Below are positions 48,987-58,716 of a stretch of 64,000 nt of DNA, piece by piece. Position numbers and translations under genes: made by a program. This stretch comes from an uncultured Gammaproteobacteria bacterium (lineage in GTDB: Bacteria > Patescibacteriota > Microgenomatia > Daviesbacterales > UBA10151): NCBI GenBank assembly GCA_964362195.1, contig CAYICZ010000001.1:3486-67485 (forward strand), written 5' to 3'. A model generated the notes under the pieces. That model saw nothing but the letters and a program-made list of their open reading frames with translations, had not been told where the DNA came from and did no database searches. Within the stretch, counting starts at the first letter, position 1; each line of letters begins with the position of its first letter.

Positions 48987-50453
48987 TTATCTTTCCGGGT
49001 CTAACTTAAAATCCAATTTTGATGTTAGGGTAGTTAAATCTATTATTATAAAATTTGGCTTTTGCTCTAAAACTTTAAAGTGTTTGCTGATCCAAACTGT
49101 TTTTGCGTCCATTGTTGTTGACACATAAGCGCTTACTCCATAATCTGCAATCATATCTGTAATAGGTAAAATTACAAAAGCAAAGCCTGATCTGTTTGTT
49201 TGATACAAAAAAGCAGTGTCCCCATTATACGGAGCAACAACAATTGTATCCTTGGGTAGTATTTTATCCGCCAACTTTCCTGCTTCCACAATGGATGGAT
49301 TATTTATTTGATAAAGACCTATTATTTGCTTCCCTCCAAAATAAAAGGTAAGAATAAAAAGCAATAATCCTATGGGAATAGTCCAAATTCTTGCCAGGAA
49401 AAGATTGTTACCTTTTAACAGTTGCATAAAACCCAAAGATAAAAAGATCGAAGCTACTGGTATAAATAAAATCTGATAATAATTATGTCTCACATTTCCT
49501 GTGGCAAATATAGCGATAAATAAAAACGAACAGAAAGCCCATATATGTAGAAAATAGTTACCATTTTTAGGTCTTGTAATAAGTCCTAGTAAGAAAAGTC
49601 CCATTCCGGCAGCTGTTAAAATTTCTGTTCCTAATCTATTAGAAATAATCCACCAGAAAAATGCAGGTCTAAATCTAATTCCATCTCCATTCATCAGCCA
49701 GTTGGAAGCAGGTATACCTTCAGGTTGCTGCAGCATCCAAAGCCTCCAGAATAAAAAGGGAATTAGAGCTAAAAAAGTAAAAAGTAAAAAGTAAAAAGTA
49801 AAACGCTTACTCTTTTTCTTTAGTAAATATAAAAGCGGTAAAAAGAAAAATACAGCCCAGGGTTTTATAAGAAACGCAACTGCTGTAAATAAAAATCCTA
49901 AACTCAAATCTATTCTTTTTTCTTTTTCTATCCAATTACCTAAAAACAAAATCATCCCCAAGGCAAAAAATAGAAAAAATGGATCCGGTAAAGTTGTTCT
50001 TGAGAAAAATATATTAAAAGGCAAGAGAGCAAAGATAAAAGAGGTAAAAAAGGCAATTAGTTTATCTGTATATTTTCTGACAATAAAGTATAAAAGCACA
50101 CAGCTGCCAATAGATGCTAAAATCGTCACCAGGCGATGAAACCTTACGTCAACACCAAAGATTAAATAAAAAGGATAAACGAAGATATTATAAAGAGGAA
50201 ATTCAACAAATCTAAATCTGTTGGGATTGGCGATAGGATTTTCTGCCACTCCTGAGGCATCATCATACTTTGGTAAAAATGGATTAAGCCCTTCTTTAAT
50301 AAAATTCCTGGTGACTGCTGCCGTATCCACCTGTCTCCATGAATGCCAATCGGCAATTGGAGAGTCAAATTTATAAAGTCTGACTAAAAAACCCAAAATC
50401 AAAATTAATCCCAGCCAAAAATACTGATTTTTTAAAAGAGATACTAACTTCAT
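48987..50453 (-). CDS. GT39/ArnT-like (PMT_2) GT-C polyprenyl-phosphate-sugar-dependent glycosyltransferase
   Basis: Multi-TM protein (488 aa) with an N-terminal-loop motif DSPIADWHSWRQVDTAAVTRNF characteristic of GT39/GT83-like enzymes. It contains a 7-nt x4 tandem repeat (see findings). Confidence 0.6.
   Translation of the reverse strand: MKLVSLLKNQYFWLGLILILGFLVRLYKFDSPIADWHSWRQVDTAAVTRNFIKEGLNPFLPKYDDASGVAENPIANPNRFRFVEFPLYNIFVYPFYLIFGVDVRFHRLVTILASIGSCVLLYFIVRKYTDKLIAFFTSFIFALLPFNIFFSRTTLPDPFFLFFALGMILFLGNWIEKEKRIDLSLGFLFTAVAFLIKPWAVFFFLPLLYLLKKKSKRFTFYFLLFTFLALIPFLFWRLWMLQQPEGIPASNWLMNGDGIRFRPAFFWWIISNRLGTEILTAAGMGLFLLGLITRPKNGNYFLHIWAFCSFLFIAIFATGNVRHNYYQILFIPVASIFLSLGFMQLLKGNNLFLARIWTIPIGLLLFILTFYFGGKQIIGLYQINNPSIVEAGKLADKILPKDTIVVAPYNGDTAFLYQTNRSGFAFVILPITDMIADYGVSAYVSTTMDAKTVWISKHFKVLEQKPNFIIIDLTTLTSKLDFKLDPER
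49772..49799. repeat. Heptanucleotide tandem repeat (AAAAAGT)x4, minus-strand ACTTTTT, inside the GT39-like CDS
   Basis: Four perfect 7-nt units encoding FTFYFLLFTF. A change of one unit would shift the frame. Confidence 0.7.
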
Positions 50454-51869
50454 TTATTTAAAGTCCTTTACTGCTAAGCTAAGCCCCAAAATCATCCAAA
50501 AAAGCGCAGCCACTTTAGAGGCCTCAAAAACATCAATAAACATTCCGTTAATCAAAAAGGCAATCAACATTGATAAAACCCCTGCACTAAAATATCTATA
50601 AAATTTATTCTCCTGTTTTAATACAGAATAAATCCTTTTTACGATTTCTACCAGGACTAACGCAAAAGCCAGGGTTCCTAAAATACCCACTTCGCCCAGT
50701 GATCTTAGAAAATCATTATCGGTTGCAATTTCAATTGATGAATATCCGGTTCCCAAAATTGGATTTTTCAAAAATGCTGTTATTGCTCTTGGCCACTCTA
50801 TTTGTAACCTGATCTGAAAAGATCTATAAACTCCAAGCTGAGTGGTATCAACCGGTTCTCCCGGCGTTATATCTGTAGCAATTTTACCTGAATTTGAAGC
50901 AAAGATAGAAGTTTGTGCCGAGGTACTGGAAGTTTGAATAGCAAGTGTTGGTATATTTAATTTCGCTCTTTTTTGTTGATCCTCGGTTTGACCCACATAT
51001 CTCTGACCTAAATTAAGAACATTTATAGTAAATGTAGAGATAAATCTATCCCGCAGCTGTGAAGGGTAAATTAAAATAGCTGATGTAAGAATTAGAAATA
51101 CAAGTATATATTTTTTCTTCCTGGAAAAAATTAAGACAAGGATTATGCCAATAAGGGCTGCTACAAAAGATTGCCTTGCTGCAGTCATTATTAAAACAAC
51201 TAAAGACAAACCTCCCAAAAGTAAAATAGGTAACCTAAATCTTAATTTAGCTGCAAAGAATAATCCTGATAAAATAGTAATTACCATTGCTAAAAATACT
51301 GCTAAATCATAATGACCTGCAAAAGTTGAATTAACCCTAGCTCCAGGACTTAAACTCAAAATTAAGCCTTTTGAAAATTCAGAATTAGTAGTTGAAATTA
51401 CCGGCCAGTCAAAATATTGTTGTCCAAGCGCATAAAAGTTTACTGACAATATTGTTAATGCCAAAACAATCAATATCCCGATAAATCTTTTCTTGGTCGT
51501 TACAATAGTCGCAACAACAGGAAGAAGAACCATAAATTCTATACGCCTTAAAAAATGAAGTACACTTAAATGAGGTGTCACAGAGTGAGTTAGAAAGCTG
51601 GCAGAAAAAGTAGATACACATCCGATGAAAAAAAATAAAAGTATTGCCTGATTGAGTTTATCTTTTAAAATATTTCTAACTTGTGCGGTGCATATTATAT
51701 AAAATCCCCAAAGTCCAACTGTCAGCGCAATTAAAAAATCCTCCGCTCTTATTGCTACAAATGTCCCTTTTATATTAATCAAAGGAAATTTTGGATAAAG
51801 GGGTATAAATGCAAATAAAAATAATATTAAAAAAAATGTGGACAAATTCAAAATCTTAATTAATTTCAT
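50454..51869 (-). CDS. O-antigen ligase/polymerase-like (Wzy_C-domain) membrane protein
   Basis: 471 aa, 10+ TM helices. TAARQSFVAALIG and a loop WPRAITAFLKNPILGTGYSS match Wzy_C family features. Confidence 0.5.
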   Translation of the reverse strand: MKLIKILNLSTFFLILFLFAFIPLYPKFPLINIKGTFVAIRAEDFLIALTVGLWGFYIICTAQVRNILKDKLNQAILLFFFIGCVSTFSASFLTHSVTPHLSVLHFLRRIEFMVLLPVVATIVTTKKRFIGILIVLALTILSVNFYALGQQYFDWPVISTTNSEFSKGLILSLSPGARVNSTFAGHYDLAVFLAMVITILSGLFFAAKLRFRLPILLLGGLSLVVLIMTAARQSFVAALIGIILVLIFSRKKKYILVFLILTSAILIYPSQLRDRFISTFTINVLNLGQRYVGQTEDQQKRAKLNIPTLAIQTSSTSAQTSIFASNSGKIATDITPGEPVDTTQLGVYRSFQIRLQIEWPRAITAFLKNPILGTGYSSIEIATDNDFLRSLGEVGILGTLAFALVLVEIVKRIYSVLKQENKFYRYFSAGVLSMLIAFLINGMFIDVFEASKVAALFWMILGLSLAVKDFK

Positions 51870-51870
51870 T

Positions 51871-52419
51871 TTAAAAAATTATTCTTTTCCCTAATCTGTA
51901 TAACATTAATATAGAAAAAGAAATACCTGACCAAACAAGAAGTCTTACTGCTAAATTTGATGGATAAAACCTTAAGGTTGTTTTAGTAAACCAGGAATTC
52001 CCGTTTTCGCCAAATTGTGAAGCTCCCCAATATTTTGGTGTTTTGTCCTCGTAAAATGGCTCAAAACCATTAATATATATTGAATCTCTAAGTGGATAAA
52101 CAAATTCTTCTAAATAAGTACTGTCGGTATTCACTTTAATAACTTTCCATGAATACTCGGGTGGATGGTTTAACCTTAAAGGTGGAAAGAAAAGCCAGGT
52201 TTTATCCTGATAATTTTTTAAATAATAATCAGCCACAAATTTTCTATAGTTATTGGAAAAATATCCGGCAACATTGGAAACTTGAGCTATATTATCACCC
52301 GCAAGTGAAGATTTATCTGATTTGGGTAAGGCTTTAAAATCAGAGATTTTTGAAGGACCAGGCATAATCATATAGATCAGCAAAAAAACACAAAATCCTA
52401 TATACAATTTTTTCATCAT
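51871..52419 (-). CDS. Hypothetical membrane-anchored protein
   Basis: 182 aa with N- and C-terminal hydrophobic segments; aromatic-rich, no recognisable domain. Confidence 0.4.
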   Translation of the reverse strand: MMKKLYIGFCVFLLIYMIMPGPSKISDFKALPKSDKSSLAGDNIAQVSNVAGYFSNNYRKFVADYYLKNYQDKTWLFFPPLRLNHPPEYSWKVIKVNTDSTYLEEFVYPLRDSIYINGFEPFYEDKTPKYWGASQFGENGNSWFTKTTLRFYPSNLAVRLLVWSGISFSILMLYRLGKRIIF

Positions 52420-53022
52420 TTATTGAAATAACCTGGCTCTTCCCAATTTATAATGCAGGTTTTTAACTTTTCTCTCGCCAATTATTTGAGCCGGCACTCC
52501 TCCCACTATATTAAAATCTAATACATCTTTTGTAACAACAGCTCCTGCTGCCACAACTGCATTTTTTCCAATCTTTACTCCAGGTAAAATTATTACTCTT
52601 GGTCCGATGAAACAAAAATCTCCTATCTCAACCGGCTCAGATATTGCATGAAAATCTTCTGAGTTTACATCATGTTCTGAATTGAGAATCATCACCGATG
52701 AAGCAATATCCACATGGTTGCCGATAATCAATTTTGCTCTCCCGTCTAAAAAAGCATTATCCCCGATAATCGATCCCTCTCCAATTGTGATATTTTCAGG
52801 GTAAAAAAAGCGGGCGCCAATGTGTATTCTGGATCCTTTGCCAATCTTTATTCCTCCGGCTTTATAAATAAGAAGGCGTAATGCATGAAACGGTATTAAA
52901 CCGGTCCAGGTTAATATAAGCAACTCAAGGTCCAAAATCCAATTATAAAATCGATTAACAATTTTCTTAGAGGCTTCCTTTGAACTTAACTCCCTTCCCA
53001 TCCGGTCGCGGAAAATAGACAT
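52420..53022 (-). CDS. Hexapeptide-repeat (LbH) acetyltransferase, WcaF/NeuD-like sugar O-acetyltransferase
   Basis: Tandem [LIV]-G-x-x-x-x hexapeptides (IGKGSRIHIGARFF..IGEGSIIGDNAFL..IGNHVDIASSVMI..IGDFCFIGPRVIILPGVKIGKNAVVAAGAVV). Confidence 0.8.
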   Translation of the reverse strand: MSIFRDRMGRELSSKEASKKIVNRFYNWILDLELLILTWTGLIPFHALRLLIYKAGGIKIGKGSRIHIGARFFYPENITIGEGSIIGDNAFLDGRAKLIIGNHVDIASSVMILNSEHDVNSEDFHAISEPVEIGDFCFIGPRVIILPGVKIGKNAVVAAGAVVTKDVLDFNIVGGVPAQIIGERKVKNLHYKLGRARLFQ

Positions 53023-53084
53023 ATATTAATTATACACAAGGCTTAAGACACAATCAAAGCACTACACGCACTACGCACCGAAAC

Positions 53085-53099
53085 ACACACCGGGTGTGT
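53085..53099. promoter_or_regulatory. Perfect 15-bp palindrome ACACACC-G-GGTGTGT in a locally GC-rich intergenic spacer (candidate operator)
   Basis: Lies in the 104-nt spacer upstream of the acetyltransferase start. The surrounding ~50 nt are much more GC-rich than the genome. Confidence 0.3.
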
Positions 53100-53125
53100 C
53101 GTATGTAGACACCTCGGAATTTTAT

Positions 53126-54214
53126 TCATTTAAAGGCAACCCTTTCAAATATTTTAAGCAAAGTTCTTACCATTTTGTCATATGAGAAGCCTTTACTTCG
53201 CTCAAGAGCGGCTTTTGCATATTTTGCTCTCAGTTTTTTATCTGTAGTAATAGTTCTTATTGCCTGCTCTATCTGATCTATGGAATAAGGATCAAATGTA
53301 AGACCTGCTTTACCTACAACTTCAGGTAAGGAAGAGACATCAGATACCAAAACCGGAACTGCACAAGCCATCGCCTCCACTACAGGGATACCAAATCCCT
53401 CATATAAAGATGGCTGGATGAGAGCCTGCGCCCCTCTAATTAAACCAGCTAAATCCTCAGTGGGGACAAATCCCAAAAACTTAACCCGATCCTCAATTCC
53501 CAACCTTTTTGGTGTAGCCAGCGTTTCTTCATACATCCATCCTTCTTTCCCTTCTCCTTTAGTTTTTCCAACAATCACTAAATTAAGATTGGGAACTCTT
53601 GCCATCGCCTCCATAAGTCTCACTAAATTTTTTCTTGGTTGTAGTGTGCCTATAAATATTATATAGTTATCCGGTTTTTTCCCTGAAGGCTTGAAATTTT
53701 CTCTATCATATCCAGGGTAGGCGACTGTTATTTTTTCTTTATTTACTCCGTATTGTTTTATTATGTCTTGTTTGGAAAAATTGGAAATTGTAATTATATG
53801 ATCGGCATTCAAAGCAGAAAACTTTGTCCAATTTTTTAACTGCCATAAATCTACCCTCCTAAACATCTCCGGAAAATGCAAGAAAGATAGATCAAATATC
53901 GTGACTATTCTTTTTACAGGTGAGAATCTGGGAATATAATGGGTGGGGGAGAAGAAAATATCCGGTTTTTGCTTTGCTGTATATAGAGCAAGAGGAAGAG
54001 CAATTCTTGTCCAAAGTTTTTTAGGTTTCAGAATCTTATACCTGAATCCTTCCCTTTCTCTTGGCAAATCCCCCAGTGGGGAAGAGGGCAAAAGTATTGT
54101 GTAATCATTTTCATGATCGATTTTTTCAAAATGTCTTATTAACTCATAAACGACTTGAGATGAACCTAATCTTTGCAAGGTATTTGCTTCATATCCATCG
54201 ATCCAAATTTTCAC
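53126..54214 (-). CDS. Glycosyltransferase family 4
   Basis: EGFGIPVVEAMACAVPVLVSDVSSLPEVVG is the GT4 EX7E motif. Confidence 0.8.
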   Translation of the reverse strand: MKIWIDGYEANTLQRLGSSQVVYELIRHFEKIDHENDYTILLPSSPLGDLPREREGFRYKILKPKKLWTRIALPLALYTAKQKPDIFFSPTHYIPRFSPVKRIVTIFDLSFLHFPEMFRRVDLWQLKNWTKFSALNADHIITISNFSKQDIIKQYGVNKEKITVAYPGYDRENFKPSGKKPDNYIIFIGTLQPRKNLVRLMEAMARVPNLNLVIVGKTKGEGKEGWMYEETLATPKRLGIEDRVKFLGFVPTEDLAGLIRGAQALIQPSLYEGFGIPVVEAMACAVPVLVSDVSSLPEVVGKAGLTFDPYSIDQIEQAIRTITTDKKLRAKYAKAALERSKGFSYDKMVRTLLKIFERVAFK

Positions 54215-55236
54215 CTCATTAACCTCCGGTAAATTTCTACTGTCTGTTGAGTAGTCTTTTCCCAGGAGAATTTTTTAACTTGTTCAAATCCATTTCTGAT
54301 CAATTCCCCTCGCAAATCCTTATCTTGTAAAACTTCTCTTAATTTTTTCCTGATATCATCAACATCAAGCGGGTTAACATACAAAACAGCATTCCCCCCA
54401 ACCTCAGGCATTGACGAAACATTTGATGTAATAACCGGGACTCCTACTGAAAGAGAGTCTAATATAGGCAACCCAAACCCCTCATACAAAGAACAATAAA
54501 GTAAAACATCAGCTGAAGCATACAAAAGTTCCAGTTCCAGAGTATCAAGCCAGGGAATAGTCTGACCTGCAATTACCAGATTGTAATCTTTGGAAGCCTC
54601 TTTGATCCTTTGTAAATTCCTTCTCTCCCCAACTCCTCCGATTGCTAAGACAAATTTTTGAGGCAAGTTATATTTTTTCTTAAACTCTAAAGTCTTCTCT
54701 TTAGGTTGTGGTTTAAAATTTCCGGTTGCCGCTTCATAAATTACAACTATTTTATCTTCCGGAATTGACGAAACTTCCATCAAATCCGCTTTTGTGGCCT
54801 CAGATACGGCAATAACCATGTCAATCTCTTTTTCAATAATTTTTAGTCTTCTTTTATGTACTGCAATTATTTTTGGATGCGACCAGGCCGGATATTTCAA
54901 AGGCACAACATCATGATAGGTAGTAACTTTTTTTGCCTTACTTGGAGGTTGGGTCCAGTCAGACGAGTGAAAGATATCCAACGGACCAAGGAATTTTTCT
55001 ATAGAAACATTTCTCCATCTGTTAAAAAGCATTTCAAAAAGCGTCGGCGGCAGTTTATATTTTTTGACGTTTTTTAAATGGCCATGATAAGGTTTTCTAA
55101 AGGATGAATAAAAAAAGGCCATTTCTAACTCCTTAATTTTTGATAATTGCTCAGCTAAATTTTTGGTATAAGTTGTGACCCCACCTCTGTGAGCAATTTG
55201 TGATATATCCATTCCAACAAGAAGTTTTGTACTCAT
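54211..55236 (-). CDS. Glycosyltransferase family 4
   Basis: EGFGLPILDSLSVGVPVITSNVSSMPEVGG. Confidence 0.75.
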   Translation of the reverse strand: MSTKLLVGMDISQIAHRGGVTTYTKNLAEQLSKIKELEMAFFYSSFRKPYHGHLKNVKKYKLPPTLFEMLFNRWRNVSIEKFLGPLDIFHSSDWTQPPSKAKKVTTYHDVVPLKYPAWSHPKIIAVHKRRLKIIEKEIDMVIAVSEATKADLMEVSSIPEDKIVVIYEAATGNFKPQPKEKTLEFKKKYNLPQKFVLAIGGVGERRNLQRIKEASKDYNLVIAGQTIPWLDTLELELLYASADVLLYCSLYEGFGLPILDSLSVGVPVITSNVSSMPEVGGNAVLYVNPLDVDDIRKKLREVLQDKDLRGELIRNGFEQVKKFSWEKTTQQTVEIYRRLMR

Positions 55237-56582
55237 TTTTTTCTTAAAATTTCTGTATCTCCTACATTATCTATTTTCTCATAATTTTCCATCAAATATG
55301 TATAAATATTACTGCCAAATTCAGTTATAGCTCTATCTTCAATCTTAACCGTTTTATCAACAACAACAATATTAGGCCTATCCTGTTTTATTCCTGCTAA
55401 AATCCGATCTTGCGCAACCTGGAAAAACCAGGGGAATTGGAAAACAAAAATATCTCCTGCAGGTAAAGTTTGAGTCATCTGGTAAAGATGCGGAACTGCC
55501 CCAAAAACAAAAATCTTATCTTTGGGTTTTGTATATTGCATAATCTTTCCTGTTATTTTATACGTTTGTTCATCAAAAAAGAAAACTTTATTTCCAATAT
55601 GACCTTTATAAAAAATATTCTGCCACCATAAAGCTATAAGTATATAAACGCCAATTAATATTGGGCCTACTTTCTTTTTATTTAGAGAATAGATACCCAA
55701 AGTAGTAAGAATTACTGCAAAAGGCAATGCAGGTTGAAAATGCACAAAGTCAAATCTTGTACTAAGTCCTATTAAACTTCCAATAAAAAAAATCAAAAGA
55801 ATTTGAACTGACCGTTCCTTTATTTTTCTGATTGCTAAAAAAGCAGTTCCGAAAACTAAAATAACTCTTGATAAATGAGCAAGATCCGCTCCCACCCCTC
55901 TACCATATTTTGCAAAAATTGTTAAATTAAAAATTACCGTCCAATAAAGAAAATCATTAAATACTCCTATGCTTATTAAATAAATAATCATTAAAGAGAT
56001 AGGAATTATTAAACTAATTAAAAAAACTCTCAGCTTTTTAAACTCTCTGCTCTCCCACCAGATATAAAATGAAAATATAAGGGCAAGAGGAATCATTATT
56101 TGCTTAAAAACAACAGCCAAACCAATTAATATTCCGCTAACAAAAAGTCTCTTTTTTAAAATAAAATAGAGAGCTGGTAATAAAATAAGCGGTAAGAAAT
56201 TATCTATCCACAAAACCCATCCTTCAAAAAAAGGCTGCCAAATTAAATAAAGAATATTAACCAAAAGTGCTTTTTTTGAACTTTTTAAAATTTCTTTAGA
56301 GATTACAAAAATCAATACTTGCGTAATTACTACTGTAACTATCAACCATATTCTTGCTGTATCAGGATTAGTCATTCCCAAATTATCAAAATTTATTGGC
56401 AAAAACATAAGTCCGGGAAAATGCTGATCAAGAATCTGGCTATATGGTTTGAGCCCATGATTAGTTAAATAAGGATAAATGAAAAGTTCAGGATAGGGGA
56501 AAAAAATTAGTTTGGTTAATAAAAAAGAATGAAAAATAATAATTATTAACAAAAAAAACTTTGCCATATTACTGCTTAACAT
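55233..56582 (-). CDS. Polytopic membrane protein, probable GT-C-type glycosyltransferase or polymerase (uncharacterised)
   Basis: 449 aa with 10+ TM helices and no confident family assignment. Confidence 0.4.
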   Translation of the reverse strand: MLSSNMAKFFLLIIIIFHSFLLTKLIFFPYPELFIYPYLTNHGLKPYSQILDQHFPGLMFLPINFDNLGMTNPDTARIWLIVTVVITQVLIFVISKEILKSSKKALLVNILYLIWQPFFEGWVLWIDNFLPLILLPALYFILKKRLFVSGILIGLAVVFKQIMIPLALIFSFYIWWESREFKKLRVFLISLIIPISLMIIYLISIGVFNDFLYWTVIFNLTIFAKYGRGVGADLAHLSRVILVFGTAFLAIRKIKERSVQILLIFFIGSLIGLSTRFDFVHFQPALPFAVILTTLGIYSLNKKKVGPILIGVYILIALWWQNIFYKGHIGNKVFFFDEQTYKITGKIMQYTKPKDKIFVFGAVPHLYQMTQTLPAGDIFVFQFPWFFQVAQDRILAGIKQDRPNIVVVDKTVKIEDRAITEFGSNIYTYLMENYEKIDNVGDTEILRKK

Positions 56583-57975
56583 AATGGTATATAAATCCTA
56601 CTCCTGAAAAGTTTTTGATATCTGTTTGCTTATATCTCAAATTCTCTAATTTTTTAGCTACTAATCTTTCAGGATCGCTAATCTGCACTAAATAATCAAC
56701 CAAATAAATATTTGTTCCTGTAAAATCTGCCACATCTCTGTCGTTCCTTGCCGGAAAATCTTTCAAAGCGCCTTTTGCATTTAATTCACCTTTTGCATAA
56801 TAATTAAAAGGAGGTAGTGTACCTGAACTCTCAAACAAAATCAGGGAATTTTTCATAGATTTTAAGTAATTCACAACTCCTCTCCAATCTTCTCTTTGAT
56901 ATAAAGGATTCAATAAATAAACAAAAGTGCAAAACAGTTCTATTAATATTACTAAACCTAAGGAAATATATCTTAATCTATTTTTAAATGACAAAATCCC
57001 CGCAGACACCAAAATAATAAAACCCGGGATAACAAATAAAACTCTAAAGTAGCTATAAACCGGCACTACAAGTGAAATAGCTGTTGCTATGAACAAAGGA
57101 ATAATAATCAAAATAATTAACAGTTTCTTAGAAAAATTATTAATAGATTTAACTCCACTATATAAAAGAAAGGCAAATAAACTGCAAACAGGCAATAAAA
57201 CTGCGCCGTATAAAAATTTATCTGTCAAACTAATTCTCCCGATAATAAATTTTACAAATGTCAAAGGTAATGTTTTAAAATCAAAAGCTCCATTAATTAA
57301 CTTCCATGCCGGCAAATTGGCAGACGCAACAGATCCAACATCCAGTTGAGCAATAAATGTTGGTATCCACCAAATACCAACTAAAACTGCAGCAATTAGT
57401 GCAATAAACCATTTTTTTAGTAATTCCCTTTTCCTAATTAATAATAGAAAAACAAATTGAGCTGGAAAAAGAAAATAGGCTATGTAATCAGAGGCCAACA
57501 CTCCGATGTCGCTTAAAACAAGAAGAAATAAGTTTAGTTTTTCTTTTTTTAATACTTTAATCATCAAAAAAATGTTAATTGAAACAGCTAAAGTTGCCAA
57601 AGAATACATTCTGGCCTCCTGACTGTAATAGATATGCAAAGGATTAATGGATAAAAGTAATGCAGCTATTATTCCTAATTCTCTGGATTTTAATTTCTTA
57701 CCAATTAAGTAAACTATCCAGATAGTTAATACTCCGAAAATTACAGAAGGCATTCTGACTGCAATTTCAGAATAGCCAAAAACCTTTCCCCAAAACCAAA
57801 GCAAGATAAACCAGCCAGGCGGGTGAAAATCTGCAACAGCATAATGGGTCACCAAGTCTACTAAAGAATAACTTTTAACAGCTAGGGTATTAATCGCCTC
57901 ATCAAGCCATAGGCTTTGGTTTAAACTTATAATTCTTAAAATTAAAGAAAGAACCAGGATAAAAAAAATAATCAT
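56569..57975 (-). CDS. GT39/ArnT-like (PMT_2) GT-C glycosyltransferase
   Basis: NQSLWLDEAINTLAV in the first loop (a DE motif) followed by about 11 TM helices. Confidence 0.65.
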   Translation of the reverse strand: MIIFFILVLSLILRIISLNQSLWLDEAINTLAVKSYSLVDLVTHYAVADFHPPGWFILLWFWGKVFGYSEIAVRMPSVIFGVLTIWIVYLIGKKLKSRELGIIAALLLSINPLHIYYSQEARMYSLATLAVSINIFLMIKVLKKEKLNLFLLVLSDIGVLASDYIAYFLFPAQFVFLLLIRKRELLKKWFIALIAAVLVGIWWIPTFIAQLDVGSVASANLPAWKLINGAFDFKTLPLTFVKFIIGRISLTDKFLYGAVLLPVCSLFAFLLYSGVKSINNFSKKLLIILIIIPLFIATAISLVVPVYSYFRVLFVIPGFIILVSAGILSFKNRLRYISLGLVILIELFCTFVYLLNPLYQREDWRGVVNYLKSMKNSLILFESSGTLPPFNYYAKGELNAKGALKDFPARNDRDVADFTGTNIYLVDYLVQISDPERLVAKKLENLRYKQTDIKNFSGVGFIYHYVKQ

Positions 57976-58716
57976 TTATTTTAAATTTTGAAACCCATAT
58001 AATTTTATCCATACAGTAATTTTATAAATGGCCATAAGATAACTTAAAATAAATCCTCGCAGTCCATCTAAAAAACCCAATTTATAAACGAATCTAGTAA
58101 AAAATTCCAATAAAGGATCCCAAATTAATCTAAACAGGGAAAATCTAACTCCTCTTTTAAATAAACTTTTAGCAAGTAAATCAGAATAAGCCTCATTACC
58201 CTGTAAAAACTCAGCGACAGAGTCTGTTTGAAAATGTATTTTTGCGTTTTTTAATTCTCCTACTTTACCTAATACTCCAACCTCTTCATGCACTTCACCT
58301 ATCCATTTGCCTTTATCCTTTTTCCAGAGCCAGATATGCTTATCCGGACTCCACCAAGTGTGTTTTATTTCTTTACCTAAAATAAAATTTCTTCTTGGGA
58401 TTAAATAAGCGCTATATTCTTTATTTTCAACAGCATTTTTTATTTCCATAGTTAAACCGGAAGGAATTTCCTCGTCTGCATCCAGGGATAATATCCAATC
58501 ACCTGAGGCTTTCGAAACTGCAAAGTTTTTTTGATCTGCAAAATTATCAAACTTTCTAAAAAAAACTTTTGCCCCTAATTTATTTGCAATCTCAACTGTT
58601 TTATCTTCACTTCCGGAATCAATAACAATTATCTCATCAGATAGATTCTTTATAGATTTTATAGCCTTCTCTATTTTTTCCTCTTCGTTTAAAGTAATTA
58701 TTGTAGTACTTATCAT
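57976..58716 (-). CDS. Glycosyltransferase family 2
   Basis: ISTTIITLNEEEKIEKAIKSI ... IIVIDSGSEDKT ... LSLDADEEI is the GT2 DxD. Confidence 0.75.
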   Translation of the reverse strand: MISTTIITLNEEEKIEKAIKSIKNLSDEIIVIDSGSEDKTVEIANKLGAKVFFRKFDNFADQKNFAVSKASGDWILSLDADEEIPSGLTMEIKNAVENKEYSAYLIPRRNFILGKEIKHTWWSPDKHIWLWKKDKGKWIGEVHEEVGVLGKVGELKNAKIHFQTDSVAEFLQGNEAYSDLLAKSLFKRGVRFSLFRLIWDPLLEFFTRFVYKLGFLDGLRGFILSYLMAIYKITVWIKLYGFQNLK

